Part shown: in pieces, positions 41,669 to 51,148 of the stretch
Layout of the letters: every line of letters begins with the position of its first letter
Numbering within the stretch: position 1 is the stretch's first letter
Assembly: GCA_040954595.2 (NCBI GenBank)
Contig: JBECUI020000027.1
Coordinates: 1 to 64,000, forward strand
Direction: 5' to 3'
Length of the DNA stretch: 64,000 nt
Source of the DNA: Balanoglossus misakiensis
Lineage: Eukaryota; Animalia; Hemichordata
Program-made: the position numbers and the translations under genes
The notes under the pieces: model-generated
The model's database searches: none
What the model was told of the DNA's origin: nothing
Seen by the model: only the letters and a program-made list of their open reading frames with translations

Positions 41669-43051
41669 ATGAACAGAGAATCAAGGCTAATTATAATTTT
41701 AGTTATTGTAACATTGGCTATGACATTCCCGTTTACATTGGCAGCTTCGGGTCAACAGGAACCAGCTGATAATGTTGGTACAGGTGTAGAACGAGTAACC
41801 ATTAAGTTCACTTATTGGGGTAGTCCGATTGAGAAAGAAGCTATAGGGGAGAATCTCAAGAAATTTGAGGAGACTTACAGCCATATCAAGGTAGATGCAG
41901 AATACATCCCCAATGCAGATTATCTAGTAAAAATCACAGCAATGATGGCCGGTGGAGATGCACCGGATGTTGGCTATCTATTTTCAGCAAATGCATTGGC
42001 TTGGGCGCAAGATGGACTATTGATGAATATCAATACATTCCTTGAAAATGATCCAGAGATGGATAGAAAAGACTTCCTTGACGCACTCTGGTATGACTGG
42101 GCTCCAGGAAAAAGTCTTGGTACTAATACAGCTTGTGAAGCATTCGCACTTTATTACAACAAAAAGTTATTATCAGATGCTGGAATTGAAGTGCCGGTTA
42201 CCGCTGATACTGCATGGGCCTGGGATGAATTTGTAGAAGTAGCTCAGCGATTAACTATTGATGCCAACGGGAACAATGCCCTTAGTCAAGATTTTGATCC
42301 AGCGAATATAAGCCGTTATGGCGTACAGTTTGGAACATGGTATGGATCTTATATGTCAATGGTATTCTCTAACGGTGGCGATTTCATAAATGAAGATGGT
42401 ACTGAGTTTACACTTGATAAACCGGAAGCGATTGAAGCCATTCAGAAAATGGCTGACTTAATCAATGTGTACCATGTTGCTCCGTCACCAGCACAAGTTG
42501 TTAGTATGCCTTCACCTGTTGTAGGACTTCAATCTGAACAAGTTGCCATGATGCTCGACGGACAGTGGAACTTACTGGACCTTGGTGTAGCTGCTTCAGA
42601 TGGTTTTGAGTTTGGTGTAGGAGTGCTGCCTAAAATGAAAAAATCAGTTACACTGATTCTCGGTTCTCCAACAGTAATATTTAAATCAACAGAACATCCT
42701 GAGGAATCATGGTTACTTTTTAAATGGCTTGCGAATCCGGAAAGTGGTCTTGCACTTCATAAGGGAGGTTTGTGGATGCCCTTGTTAAAAGAATGGTATG
42801 AAAAACCTGAGCTCATTGCCAAATGGGCTGAGAATAATCCCGCGCATCCGGAAGGATATAAAACTGCCATTATGGAACAGACACTTGAACGTGGGATGAG
42901 AGCACCGATTTATTACACAAATGGTTTTGTAGAGATGGATGAGATTGTTAGTTCAGCTCTTGATGAAGTGTGGCTTGGACAGCGTTCTGCAGAAGAAGTT
43001 CTTACAGAAATTGCAGATCAGGTTGAAAGTAAATTGAACGGTCGTTTCTAA
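41669..43051 (+). CDS. Carbohydrate ABC solute-binding protein
   Basis: Signal peptide ...ASGQQE, FTYWGS, GDAPDV, LYYNK. Confidence 0.9.
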   Translation: MNRESRLIIILVIVTLAMTFPFTLAASGQQEPADNVGTGVERVTIKFTYWGSPIEKEAIGENLKKFEETYSHIKVDAEYIPNADYLVKITAMMAGGDAPDVGYLFSANALAWAQDGLLMNINTFLENDPEMDRKDFLDALWYDWAPGKSLGTNTACEAFALYYNKKLLSDAGIEVPVTADTAWAWDEFVEVAQRLTIDANGNNALSQDFDPANISRYGVQFGTWYGSYMSMVFSNGGDFINEDGTEFTLDKPEAIEAIQKMADLINVYHVAPSPAQVVSMPSPVVGLQSEQVAMMLDGQWNLLDLGVAASDGFEFGVGVLPKMKKSVTLILGSPTVIFKSTEHPEESWLLFKWLANPESGLALHKGGLWMPLLKEWYEKPELIAKWAENNPAHPEGYKTAIMEQTLERGMRAPIYYTNGFVEMDEIVSSALDEVWLGQRSAEEVLTEIADQVESKLNGRF

Positions 43052-43067
43052 ATCGATTATGACTAAC

Positions 43068-43098
43068 GGGGCGGCAGTTGGTTTGGCTGCCGCCTTTT
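43068..43098 (+). terminator. Stem-loop after the SBP gene (terminator or mRNA stabiliser)
   Basis: GGCGGCAGTT-loop-GGCTGCCGCC-TTTT. Confidence 0.7.
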
Positions 43099-43127
43099 AA
43101 TTAATGTTTCAGAAATGAGGTAGAAAC

Positions 43128-44027
43128 ATGAATAAAAAATCGATTATGAAAAGAGATTACAAAGATCTTAGGGCAGGACTACTCTTTGCTTCTCCTGCAA
43201 TATTGGGATTTCTGATATTTTCAATAGGCCCCATGTTGGCCAGTCTGATATTGAGCTTCACAGATTATCGCATCGTTAATGAGCCGGAATTTATAGGATT
43301 TAAGAACTATATCAATCTGTTTACGAGTGAAACTTCGTTATTTTTCAAATCAATATCAGTAACATTCACTTATGTAATACTGAGTGTGCCACTCGGTGTT
43401 GCGTTTCATTTCCTGTCAGCGGTATTGATGAATAGGGATATAAAAGGCAAGACATTTTTCAGAGCCGTTTATTATATACCTTCCATAATACCTGTGGCGG
43501 CATCCTGTATGATCTGGATGTGGATATTCAATCCTGAAAGAGGTCTGCTAAATTATGTATTACGTGTGATGCACCTGCCTACTTCACAATGGATTGGTGC
43601 TGAGCAGAGTGTTGTTCCGTCTATTGTATTAATCGCAATTTGGATGGCTGGCAACACCATGGTGATTTTCCTTGCCGGAATGCAGGATATTCCAAAATCC
43701 TTGTATGAATCCATTGATGTCGATGGGGGGAATCCTTTCCACAAATTAATTCATATTACCTTGCCTCTGTCCACGCCCTTTATCTTTTTCAATACGATCA
43801 TGGGTATCATCGGAGGCTTTCAGGTATTTGTCCAGCCAATGATCATGACAGACGGAGGACCTGGAAACAGCAGTTTGTTCTACTCGCTCTATGTTTTCAG
43901 AGAGGGATTTGAATACTCAAGAATGGGTTCGGCCAGTGCAATGTCCTGGATGCTGTTTCTGATTATTATCATTCTGGCAGGATTTTTTGCCAAATTCTCC
44001 AAGAAGTGGGTGTTCTATGCCGGTTAG
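43128..44027 (+). CDS. Carbohydrate ABC permease
   Basis: FLAGMQDIPKSLYESIDVDGG, MTDGGP. Confidence 0.9.
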   Translation: MNKKSIMKRDYKDLRAGLLFASPAILGFLIFSIGPMLASLILSFTDYRIVNEPEFIGFKNYINLFTSETSLFFKSISVTFTYVILSVPLGVAFHFLSAVLMNRDIKGKTFFRAVYYIPSIIPVAASCMIWMWIFNPERGLLNYVLRVMHLPTSQWIGAEQSVVPSIVLIAIWMAGNTMVIFLAGMQDIPKSLYESIDVDGGNPFHKLIHITLPLSTPFIFFNTIMGIIGGFQVFVQPMIMTDGGPGNSSLFYSLYVFREGFEYSRMGSASAMSWMLFLIIIILAGFFAKFSKKWVFYAG

Positions 44028-44886
44028 TAAAAAAAAAGGCCTTGGAAAAATTGGAAAATATGCGGCATTAGGATTGCTGATCATAATATGTTTTTTGTTT
44101 ATAGTGCCATTTCTGTGGATGATCCGAAGCTCTTTAATTCCACTTTACGAAATACTTAAAACACCGATTCAGTGGTTTCCAAAGAAGCTGGATCTAGGTA
44201 ATTATGTGGAGGCCCTAACCATACTGCCCTTTGGCAGATTCTTCTTCAACACAAGCTTCATACTTGTAATGTCGCTGATAGGTATTCTTATCTCTGCCAC
44301 ATTAGCGGCTTTTAGTTTTTCAAGATTGGATTGGCCGGGAAGAGATGTAGTTTTCTACATACTGATGTCAACGCTTATGCTTCCAGCTTTTGCCACTATG
44401 ATTCCGACATTCTTAGGGTGGAGATTAGTTGGAGCTTTGAACTCATACCTGCCTCTGATTATTCCAAACTGGTTCTCTGGTGGTGCAACTGGTCACCTGT
44501 CTTCTGTCTTCTATATTTTTTTACTACGTCAGTTTTTTATGACCATACCAAGAGAACTTGACGAAGCTGCGAGAATAGATGGAGCAAGTCACTTTACGGT
44601 GTATTGGAAGATTCTTTTACCCCTGGTTAAGCCTGGCATCATGGTGGTGATACTATTTGCCTCATTCAGCATATGGAATGATTTTCTGAGTCCGGCCATC
44701 TATCTGAACGATGTCGATAAGTACACATTGAACCTTGGATTAAGACTGTTTTCCGGTATGTATAATGCTCAGTGGAATCTCATGATGGCAGCGGCCACCG
44801 TTGTGACGATACCGCCGATTATTCTTTTTATTGTTGGGCAACGGTATTTTATCGAAGGTATTTCTTTCTCAGGTATAAAAGGTTAA
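44017..44886 (+). CDS. Carbohydrate ABC permease
   Basis: FLLRQFFMTIPRELDEAARIDGA, QRYFIEGI. Confidence 0.9.
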   Translation: MPVSKKKGLGKIGKYAALGLLIIICFLFIVPFLWMIRSSLIPLYEILKTPIQWFPKKLDLGNYVEALTILPFGRFFFNTSFILVMSLIGILISATLAAFSFSRLDWPGRDVVFYILMSTLMLPAFATMIPTFLGWRLVGALNSYLPLIIPNWFSGGATGHLSSVFYIFLLRQFFMTIPRELDEAARIDGASHFTVYWKILLPLVKPGIMVVILFASFSIWNDFLSPAIYLNDVDKYTLNLGLRLFSGMYNAQWNLMMAAATVVTIPPIILFIVGQRYFIEGISFSGIKG

Positions 44887-44899
44887 GTAAAAAAACAGG

Positions 44900-46771
44900 A
44901 TGTATATGGGTTACAGTAAATTTGAGAAGCTGCCTCTGGGAAGTATAGAAGCCAGAGATTGGCTCAAGACACAATTGGAATTACAGAAAAACGGACTGAC
45001 CGGTCACTTGGAGGAACAGTGGGCCGATGTTGGGGATGATAACGGCTGGAAAGGCGGTAAAGGCGAAAGCTGGGAAAGGGGGCCCTACTATCTGGACGGC
45101 CTTGTCGCCCTGGCTTATACATTGAAGGATCAAGAGCTTATCGATAAAGCGCAGAAGTGGATTGAATGGACTCTGAACAGTCAAAAGCCTAACGGTCTTT
45201 TTGGTCCTGAATGCATAACCACAGTCAATGTCGATGTGGATAAAAGCCAGGACTGGTGGCATTACATGATTATGCTCAAAGTGATGATGCAGTATTATGA
45301 TGCGACACAGGACGAGCGGATTATCGGGTTTTTGAGTAAATTTTTGCTCTATGCCTCTGAGAACATGGAAGCCATGCCCCTGAGAGGATGGGCTAAAGCC
45401 AGGGGATCGGAAATGCTGCTCTGCATCAACTGGTTGAAAAATTATGTAGATAAACCATTTTTGACAAAACTGGCGGATATCCTGATCAGGCAGACAAGCG
45501 ATTGGACGGATATCCTGAGAGATTTTCCCTATTGGAGAAAAGTTGAAAAATGGGACTGGACAACCCATGTCGTGAATGTTGCCATGGGCATCAAGATGCC
45601 TGGTGTCATTTATGAACACAGCGGCGATGAGAAACAGTTTGCAGCCATAAACAAAGGCATTGAGAGTCTTATGACTTATCATGGCCAGGTACACGGTATG
45701 TTTTCTGGTGACGAATGGCTTTCGGGCACAAGTCCTAGCCAGGGGATAGAATTATGCGCCATCGTTGAATACATGTATACACTGGAGGAACTGACGCGCA
45801 TCTCCGGTGACGGAAGATATGCCGACATTCTTGAGAAAGTGGCATTTAACGCCCTACCCGCTTCAATTTCACCTGACTGGATGACACATCAGTACGATCA
45901 GCAGGTGAATCAGGTAGTGTGCAATATTGCGCAAAGAAAATGGAGCAACGGCCCCGATGCCAATTTATTCGGTCTGGAACCGCATTTCGGGTGCTGCACC
46001 TCCAATATGCATCAGGGCTGGCCCAAGTTTACAGCCGGAATCATGATGCGCGACAAAGGAAATAATAGCTACGCTTTTGTTTCCTATGCGCCTTCTGCTA
46101 TAAGAACACAAACCAGGAACGGAGCTGATCTGTCTGTTGAGATTAGCGGCGATTACCCCTTCAGGGATAAAGTAAATATGAAGATAGGCATAAGCAGACC
46201 GGAAGCATTCAGTCTATCTTTCAGAATTCCCCAGTACTGCGAAGGCGCATCGATCAGTATTAATAATGAAGAAGTGGATTTCACCGTTTCAGATGGGTTT
46301 GCCCTCCTTTACAGAGAATGGCGCGATGGGGACCGGGTTGACCTGAGATTGCCCATGACTGTAAAAATGACACGAAGGAGCATGTTTGCCGCAGGCATTG
46401 AGCGAGGACCTCTTCAATATGCTTTGCCTATAGAAGAAGATTGGCGCCTCCTGGTCCGGCGTGAAATGTTCAACGATTATGAAGTATACCCCAATAGTCA
46501 ATGGCAGTACGGCATCATGAGCGATACGGATATATCGGTAGAATATAACGACATAGCCAAGCAACCTTTCAGCAATCAGTCACCCGCACCTGTTCAACTC
46601 ATAGTAAAAGGGAAATTCATTCCTGAATGGGGAATGGAGAACAACAGCGCTTCCGCTCCCGAGCTGTTTGAAGATGATCCCCAAAGACCTGTCCAGAAGC
46701 TGACTCTGATTCCCTATGGATGTTCCAGATTGAGAATAGGTGAAATTCCGGTTTTGAGAAAACCTACCTGA
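44900..46771 (+). CDS. GH127/DUF1680 family glycoside hydrolase (beta-L-arabinofuranosidase-like)
   Basis: WERGPYYLDG, HVVNVAMG, ELCAIVE, HQYDQQVNQ, GCCTSNMHQGWPKF, LIPYG. Confidence 0.88.
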   Translation: MYMGYSKFEKLPLGSIEARDWLKTQLELQKNGLTGHLEEQWADVGDDNGWKGGKGESWERGPYYLDGLVALAYTLKDQELIDKAQKWIEWTLNSQKPNGLFGPECITTVNVDVDKSQDWWHYMIMLKVMMQYYDATQDERIIGFLSKFLLYASENMEAMPLRGWAKARGSEMLLCINWLKNYVDKPFLTKLADILIRQTSDWTDILRDFPYWRKVEKWDWTTHVVNVAMGIKMPGVIYEHSGDEKQFAAINKGIESLMTYHGQVHGMFSGDEWLSGTSPSQGIELCAIVEYMYTLEELTRISGDGRYADILEKVAFNALPASISPDWMTHQYDQQVNQVVCNIAQRKWSNGPDANLFGLEPHFGCCTSNMHQGWPKFTAGIMMRDKGNNSYAFVSYAPSAIRTQTRNGADLSVEISGDYPFRDKVNMKIGISRPEAFSLSFRIPQYCEGASISINNEEVDFTVSDGFALLYREWRDGDRVDLRLPMTVKMTRRSMFAAGIERGPLQYALPIEEDWRLLVRREMFNDYEVYPNSQWQYGIMSDTDISVEYNDIAKQPFSNQSPAPVQLIVKGKFIPEWGMENNSASAPELFEDDPQRPVQKLTLIPYGCSRLRIGEIPVLRKPT

Positions 46772-46773
46772 GC

Positions 46774-47873
46774 GTAGGGACAGGTCGCGACCTGTCCCTA
46801 CGAAAACAGGTAGGGAAACGGTTGTATTCATGGTTGAATTAACATGACAAGACACCAAAACACATACATGGAATATAGAAAATAAAATCGCCTACAGGGA
46901 TACGGTTGTTCTCAAAATGGACTCACACGATTGTAGGGACAGGGCGCGACCTGGCCCTACAAAACAGGAAGGGAAACGGTTGTATTAAGGGATGAATTAA
47001 CATGACAAGACACCAAAACACATACATGAAATATAAAATCGCCTACAGGGATACGGGTATTCTCAAAATAGACTCACACGATTGTAGGGACAGGTCGCGA
47101 CTTGTCCCTACAAAACAGGTAGGGAAACGGTTGTATTCATGGTTGAATTAACATGACAAGACACCAAAACACATACATGAAATATAAAATCGCCTACAGG
47201 GATACGGGTATTCTCAAAATGGACTCACACGATTATAGGGACAGGGCGCGACCTGGCCCTACGAAACAGGAAGGGAAACGGTTGTATTCATGGTTGAATT
47301 AACATGACAAGACACCAAAACACATACATGAAATATAAAATCGCCTACAGGGATACGGGTATTCTCAAAATGGACTCACACGATTATAGGGACAGGGCGC
47401 GACCTGGCCCTACAAAACAGGAAGGGAAACGGTTGTATTAAGGGATGAATTAACATGACAAGACAGCAAAACACATACATGAAATATAAAATCGCCTACA
47501 GGGATACGGGTATTCTCAAAATGGACTCACACGATTGTAGGGACAGGTCGCGACCTGTCCCTACAAAACAGGAAGGGAAACGGTTGTATTAAGGGATGAA
47601 TTAACATGACAAGACACCAAAACACATACATGGAATATAGAAAATAAAATCGCCTACAGGGATACGGTTGTTCTCAAAATAGACTTACACGATTATAGGG
47701 ACAGGTCGCGACCTGGCCCTACAAAACAGGTAGGGAAACGGTTCTATTAAGGGATGAATTAACATGACAAGACAGCAAAACACATACATGAAATATAAAA
47801 TCGCCTACAGGGATACGGTTATTCACTAAATGGACTCACACGATTGTAGGGACAGGGCGCGACCTGGCCCTAC
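46774..47873 (+). repeat. Tandem array of 151-159-bp units with GTAG-REP-like hairpins (8 hairpins)
   Basis: Hairpins at 46774, 46933, 47084, 47235, 47386, 47537, 47695, 47846; linkers conserved. Confidence 0.95.
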
Positions 47874-47922
47874 GAAAACCGTATGTATAAGTAATTTCAG
47901 GAAAAAACAGATTATCTGATAC

Positions 47923-47953
47923 CCTCCATAGAAATTGCTAATTTCTATGGAGG
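47923..47953. terminator. Perfect hairpin between convergent modules
   Basis: CCTCCATAGAAATT-GCT-AATTTCTATGGAGG. Confidence 0.65.
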
Positions 47954-48034
47954 CATTGATTTATATCCCTAGGGCATCCATTCCCCGGAATCATCTGAAA
48001 ATTCAATTCGGGAAATATCTCAGCTTGTGATATT

Positions 48035-48847
48035 CTACTCTTTCTCAACATTTATCCAGTGTATATTGTGCTGCTCAATTAATGTTTCCCATTTTTCTGA
48101 TGGAGGGTCTATGGTTGTCACTATTGTAGTTACTTTTTCCAGTTGCGAAAATGAGTATAGTGTTCTTTTCCCAATTTTAGATGAATCAACTAATAATATA
48201 ACTTCATTTGCATGATTGATAATCTGATTAGCTATATGGCCTACCTTGTCAGAATAAGCTGTGAGGCCTTTTGAAAAATGAACTCCTCCAGCACCGATGA
48301 TAGCTTTGTCAAAATATAGCTTTTCAACTTCCTGATCAAGAATCGGACCATGTGTCATATTATCATTAAAATCAATTTCTCCTCCAAAGAAGAATATACG
48401 GCCTGTAAGAGATCCAGCTAGAAACTTTTCCTGGAGATTTTGAGCTGACATAAAGCTATTTATAAAAAAAGTAATGTTTTTTACATTATTCAATGCTTTT
48501 AAAAAGCTATAGACAGTGGTTGTAGAGTCACAGACAATAGCATCATTACTTTTGATTAAAGTCGCAGCAAAAGCACCAATGGCCTGTTTCTGATGAATAT
48601 TTTTTCCCAATCTAGAGTGAAACATGGGTTCGTAAAGGGATTCATACTTTATTGCCTTACCATGTGCTTTTCCTAATTTGTTTTGTATATTAAGCTCTTT
48701 CAAGTCACGTCTGATTGTTTGCATAGTAACATCAAATGACTTCGCAAGTTCTGATACTGAGATTCTACCCTTGGATTCAAGCATTTTACAGATACTTTCC
48801 TGTCGTTGTTCAATTGTTAACTTCATACCACTTGGTGCTTTGCTCAT
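48035..48847 (-). CDS. DeoR/GlpR family regulator
   Basis: ELAKSFDVTMQTIRRDL HTH, KQAIGAFAA, DSTTT, VDSSKIG. Confidence 0.9.
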   Translation of the reverse strand: MSKAPSGMKLTIEQRQESICKMLESKGRISVSELAKSFDVTMQTIRRDLKELNIQNKLGKAHGKAIKYESLYEPMFHSRLGKNIHQKQAIGAFAATLIKSNDAIVCDSTTTVYSFLKALNNVKNITFFINSFMSAQNLQEKFLAGSLTGRIFFFGGEIDFNDNMTHGPILDQEVEKLYFDKAIIGAGGVHFSKGLTAYSDKVGHIANQIINHANEVILLVDSSKIGKRTLYSFSQLEKVTTIVTTIDPPSEKWETLIEQHNIHWINVEKE

Positions 48848-48908
48848 AACAAGACTATATCCCAGAATAGTAGTTTTAACAAGCTTATAGTTTTTTTTTA
48901 AATTTCTC

Positions 48909-48971
48909 TTGACAAACAAAAAATCATAAAATATGATCGAAGGGTATATAAAACAACATAAAAACAACATA
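48909..48971 (+). promoter_or_regulatory. Sigma70 promoter plus AAACAACATA direct repeat (candidate DeoR operator)
   Basis: TTGACA-17 bp-TATGAT; AAACAACATA twice, just before the RBS AAGGAG. Confidence 0.55.
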
Positions 48972-48985
48972 AAGGAGATTGTGTT

Positions 48986-50050
48986 ATGAAAAGAATGTTA
49001 GGATTATTATTACTATTCCTATCGGTCGTCAGTATTTTGTCGGCTAGTGGGAAGCAAGAAGCGGCCAATGGAGGTAAATCGGAACTCATTCTTTATACAA
49101 ATCAAGTGGATGCTGGAAGAGAAGAAGTCTTTGGAAAAATGCTGGCAGAACGAAACTTTGATTTTGATGTTGTATTTGTTCATTCTGGTGGCAATGATAT
49201 GAAAGACCGACTTATTGCTGAGAGAAACAATCCTCTGGCTGATGTGGTACTGGGTGGTTCCCACCTAGAAAATTTAGCACTGGTTGAAAATGATATATTT
49301 GCGCCCTACACTCCGGCATGGGCATCTGATGTAGATAAAGACTTTATTGGTCCTGATTCTAAATATTGGCCATGGGCACTTGATAGTGTTCACTTTGCAT
49401 ATAATACCGCTCTGATGGGTGGTCAAGGGCAATTGCCAGCACCGAAAGATTGGCCAGACTTGGCTAAAACTGAATATAAAGACTCTTATTATTTTTGGTC
49501 TGCCAATGGAACCACAGCTGGTATTCTATTCGTATCCATGCTTGTCCGTTATGCGGATGAGAATGGTGTATTGGGCGTTTCTCAAGAGGGATGGGATCTG
49601 ATTGAAAGTATCCATGAGAATCGTATTAACCCGACACCATCCGACTTTAGAGAGGCATTGAAAAGTGGTGAAGTTTCTGGTGGATCTATCTGGGGTGGCG
49701 GCGTCATTTCGGTCTCAAAAAATAAAGGAATTGATTTAGAGGTCATGAAAGCACCTGTTGGTACACCTTTTTTCCCGGCCTGCATTGGTCTTGTCAATAC
49801 TGGGAAAGAAGCCAAGATGGCTAATGCAAAAGAATTTATAGATTGGTGGGGTTCTGAAGAAACTCAAGTTGTTTGGGGAAGAGAAACAGGCCAGGCACCT
49901 GCTAATCGGAAAGCTCTAAATGCAATCGGTGGTGAAATTAAAGAGTTGATAGATCAGTTAGATGTTCAGGATATTGATTGGAAATTTGTTTATGAGAATA
50001 TTGACTCTTGGCGGGAGAAAATAGCTTTAGAGTATGACTATGGCCAATAA
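48986..50050 (+). CDS. ABC solute-binding protein, AfuA/FbpA-like (probably phosphoester ligand)
   Basis: Signal peptide ASGKQEA, RLIAERNNPLADVVLG, PKDWPDL, AKEFIDWWGS. Confidence 0.85.
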   Translation: MKRMLGLLLLFLSVVSILSASGKQEAANGGKSELILYTNQVDAGREEVFGKMLAERNFDFDVVFVHSGGNDMKDRLIAERNNPLADVVLGGSHLENLALVENDIFAPYTPAWASDVDKDFIGPDSKYWPWALDSVHFAYNTALMGGQGQLPAPKDWPDLAKTEYKDSYYFWSANGTTAGILFVSMLVRYADENGVLGVSQEGWDLIESIHENRINPTPSDFREALKSGEVSGGSIWGGGVISVSKNKGIDLEVMKAPVGTPFFPACIGLVNTGKEAKMANAKEFIDWWGSEETQVVWGRETGQAPANRKALNAIGGEIKELIDQLDVQDIDWKFVYENIDSWREKIALEYDYGQ

Positions 50051-50143
50051 ATAGTCGAATAAAAAGAAGATGTGGGTTCTTAAATATGAATACACCTACA
50101 TCTTCTTTTAAAAGTTAAAAAGGAACAGGAAGAGGCTGCTTTC

Positions 50144-51142
50144 ATGATAGATTTATGCGGAATTGAAATTAAATACAATAACTTTATCGCAATGAATAAA
50201 ACTGATTTGCAAATACATGAAGGGGAGTTTTTTACGCTACTAGGTCCTTCGGGTTGCGGGAAAACTAGTTTGTTACGCACCATGACCGGTTTCATTGCAC
50301 CAGCACAAGGCCGTATAAGTATTAAGGGAAAAGATGTAACGGACGTATCTGTTGAAAAAAGGGGCATTGGCATGGTTTTTCAATCGTATGCAATATTCCC
50401 TACTATGAATGTATTTGAAAATATAGCATTTGGCCTTAGAGTTAGAAAAATGTCAAATTCCGTCGTAAAAGACGAAGTTCTTAAAATTGCTAAGATGGTA
50501 GATTTAAGTGAAGATCAGCTATACAAAAAGGCTTCAGAGCTCTCTGGAGGACAGCAACAACGAGTCGCTATTGCCCGTGCATTAATACTGCAACCAAACA
50601 TTTTATGTTTGGACGAGCCGCTTTCAAATCTCGATGCAAAATTGAGGCAACAGTTGAGAGTGGAATTGAAGAATTTACAAAAAAAATTTGGAATTACTAC
50701 AATCTATGTAACCCATGATCAGGAAGAGGCTCTTACTCTATCTGATAGAATAGCTGTTTTTGACAATGGAGTACTTGAGCAGGTAGGTACTCCATATGAA
50801 ATTTTTAATTCTCCAAAAACAGAATTTGTAGCAAAATTTATTGGGGATATCAATATGTACCAAACATCCAAGCTAGAAGAGTTTGGATTAAAAGTAAGCC
50901 CATTGGAGAAGGGGATAAGCTTTATACGTCTCAATGCTGTTAAATCGATAAGAACACATAGTATGCTTAGCACAAAGGTTAAGGTTCAGGATGTCGAATT
51001 TCATGGATTCTATGTTATTTATACATATGAAACTGAAGCAGCTAGTAAGATAAAAAATGTCGAGATAGATCCTCATAAAATCTTTGAAATTGGTGACGAG
51101 GTTATATTGTATTTTAAAAAAGATGATTTTATTCACTTATAG
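50144..51142 (+). CDS. ABC ATPase
   Basis: GPSGCGKTS, LSGGQQQR, DEPLSNLD. Confidence 0.92.
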   Translation: MIDLCGIEIKYNNFIAMNKTDLQIHEGEFFTLLGPSGCGKTSLLRTMTGFIAPAQGRISIKGKDVTDVSVEKRGIGMVFQSYAIFPTMNVFENIAFGLRVRKMSNSVVKDEVLKIAKMVDLSEDQLYKKASELSGGQQQRVAIARALILQPNILCLDEPLSNLDAKLRQQLRVELKNLQKKFGITTIYVTHDQEEALTLSDRIAVFDNGVLEQVGTPYEIFNSPKTEFVAKFIGDINMYQTSKLEEFGLKVSPLEKGISFIRLNAVKSIRTHSMLSTKVKVQDVEFHGFYVIYTYETEAASKIKNVEIDPHKIFEIGDEVILYFKKDDFIHL

Positions 51143-51148
51143 TTCGAG

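Noticed and set aside
36892-47873. CRISPR array interpretation of the palindromic 28-bp repeats
   Set aside because: The intervening sequences are about 125-130 bp and nearly identical rather than unique spacers, and there are no cas genes in the window
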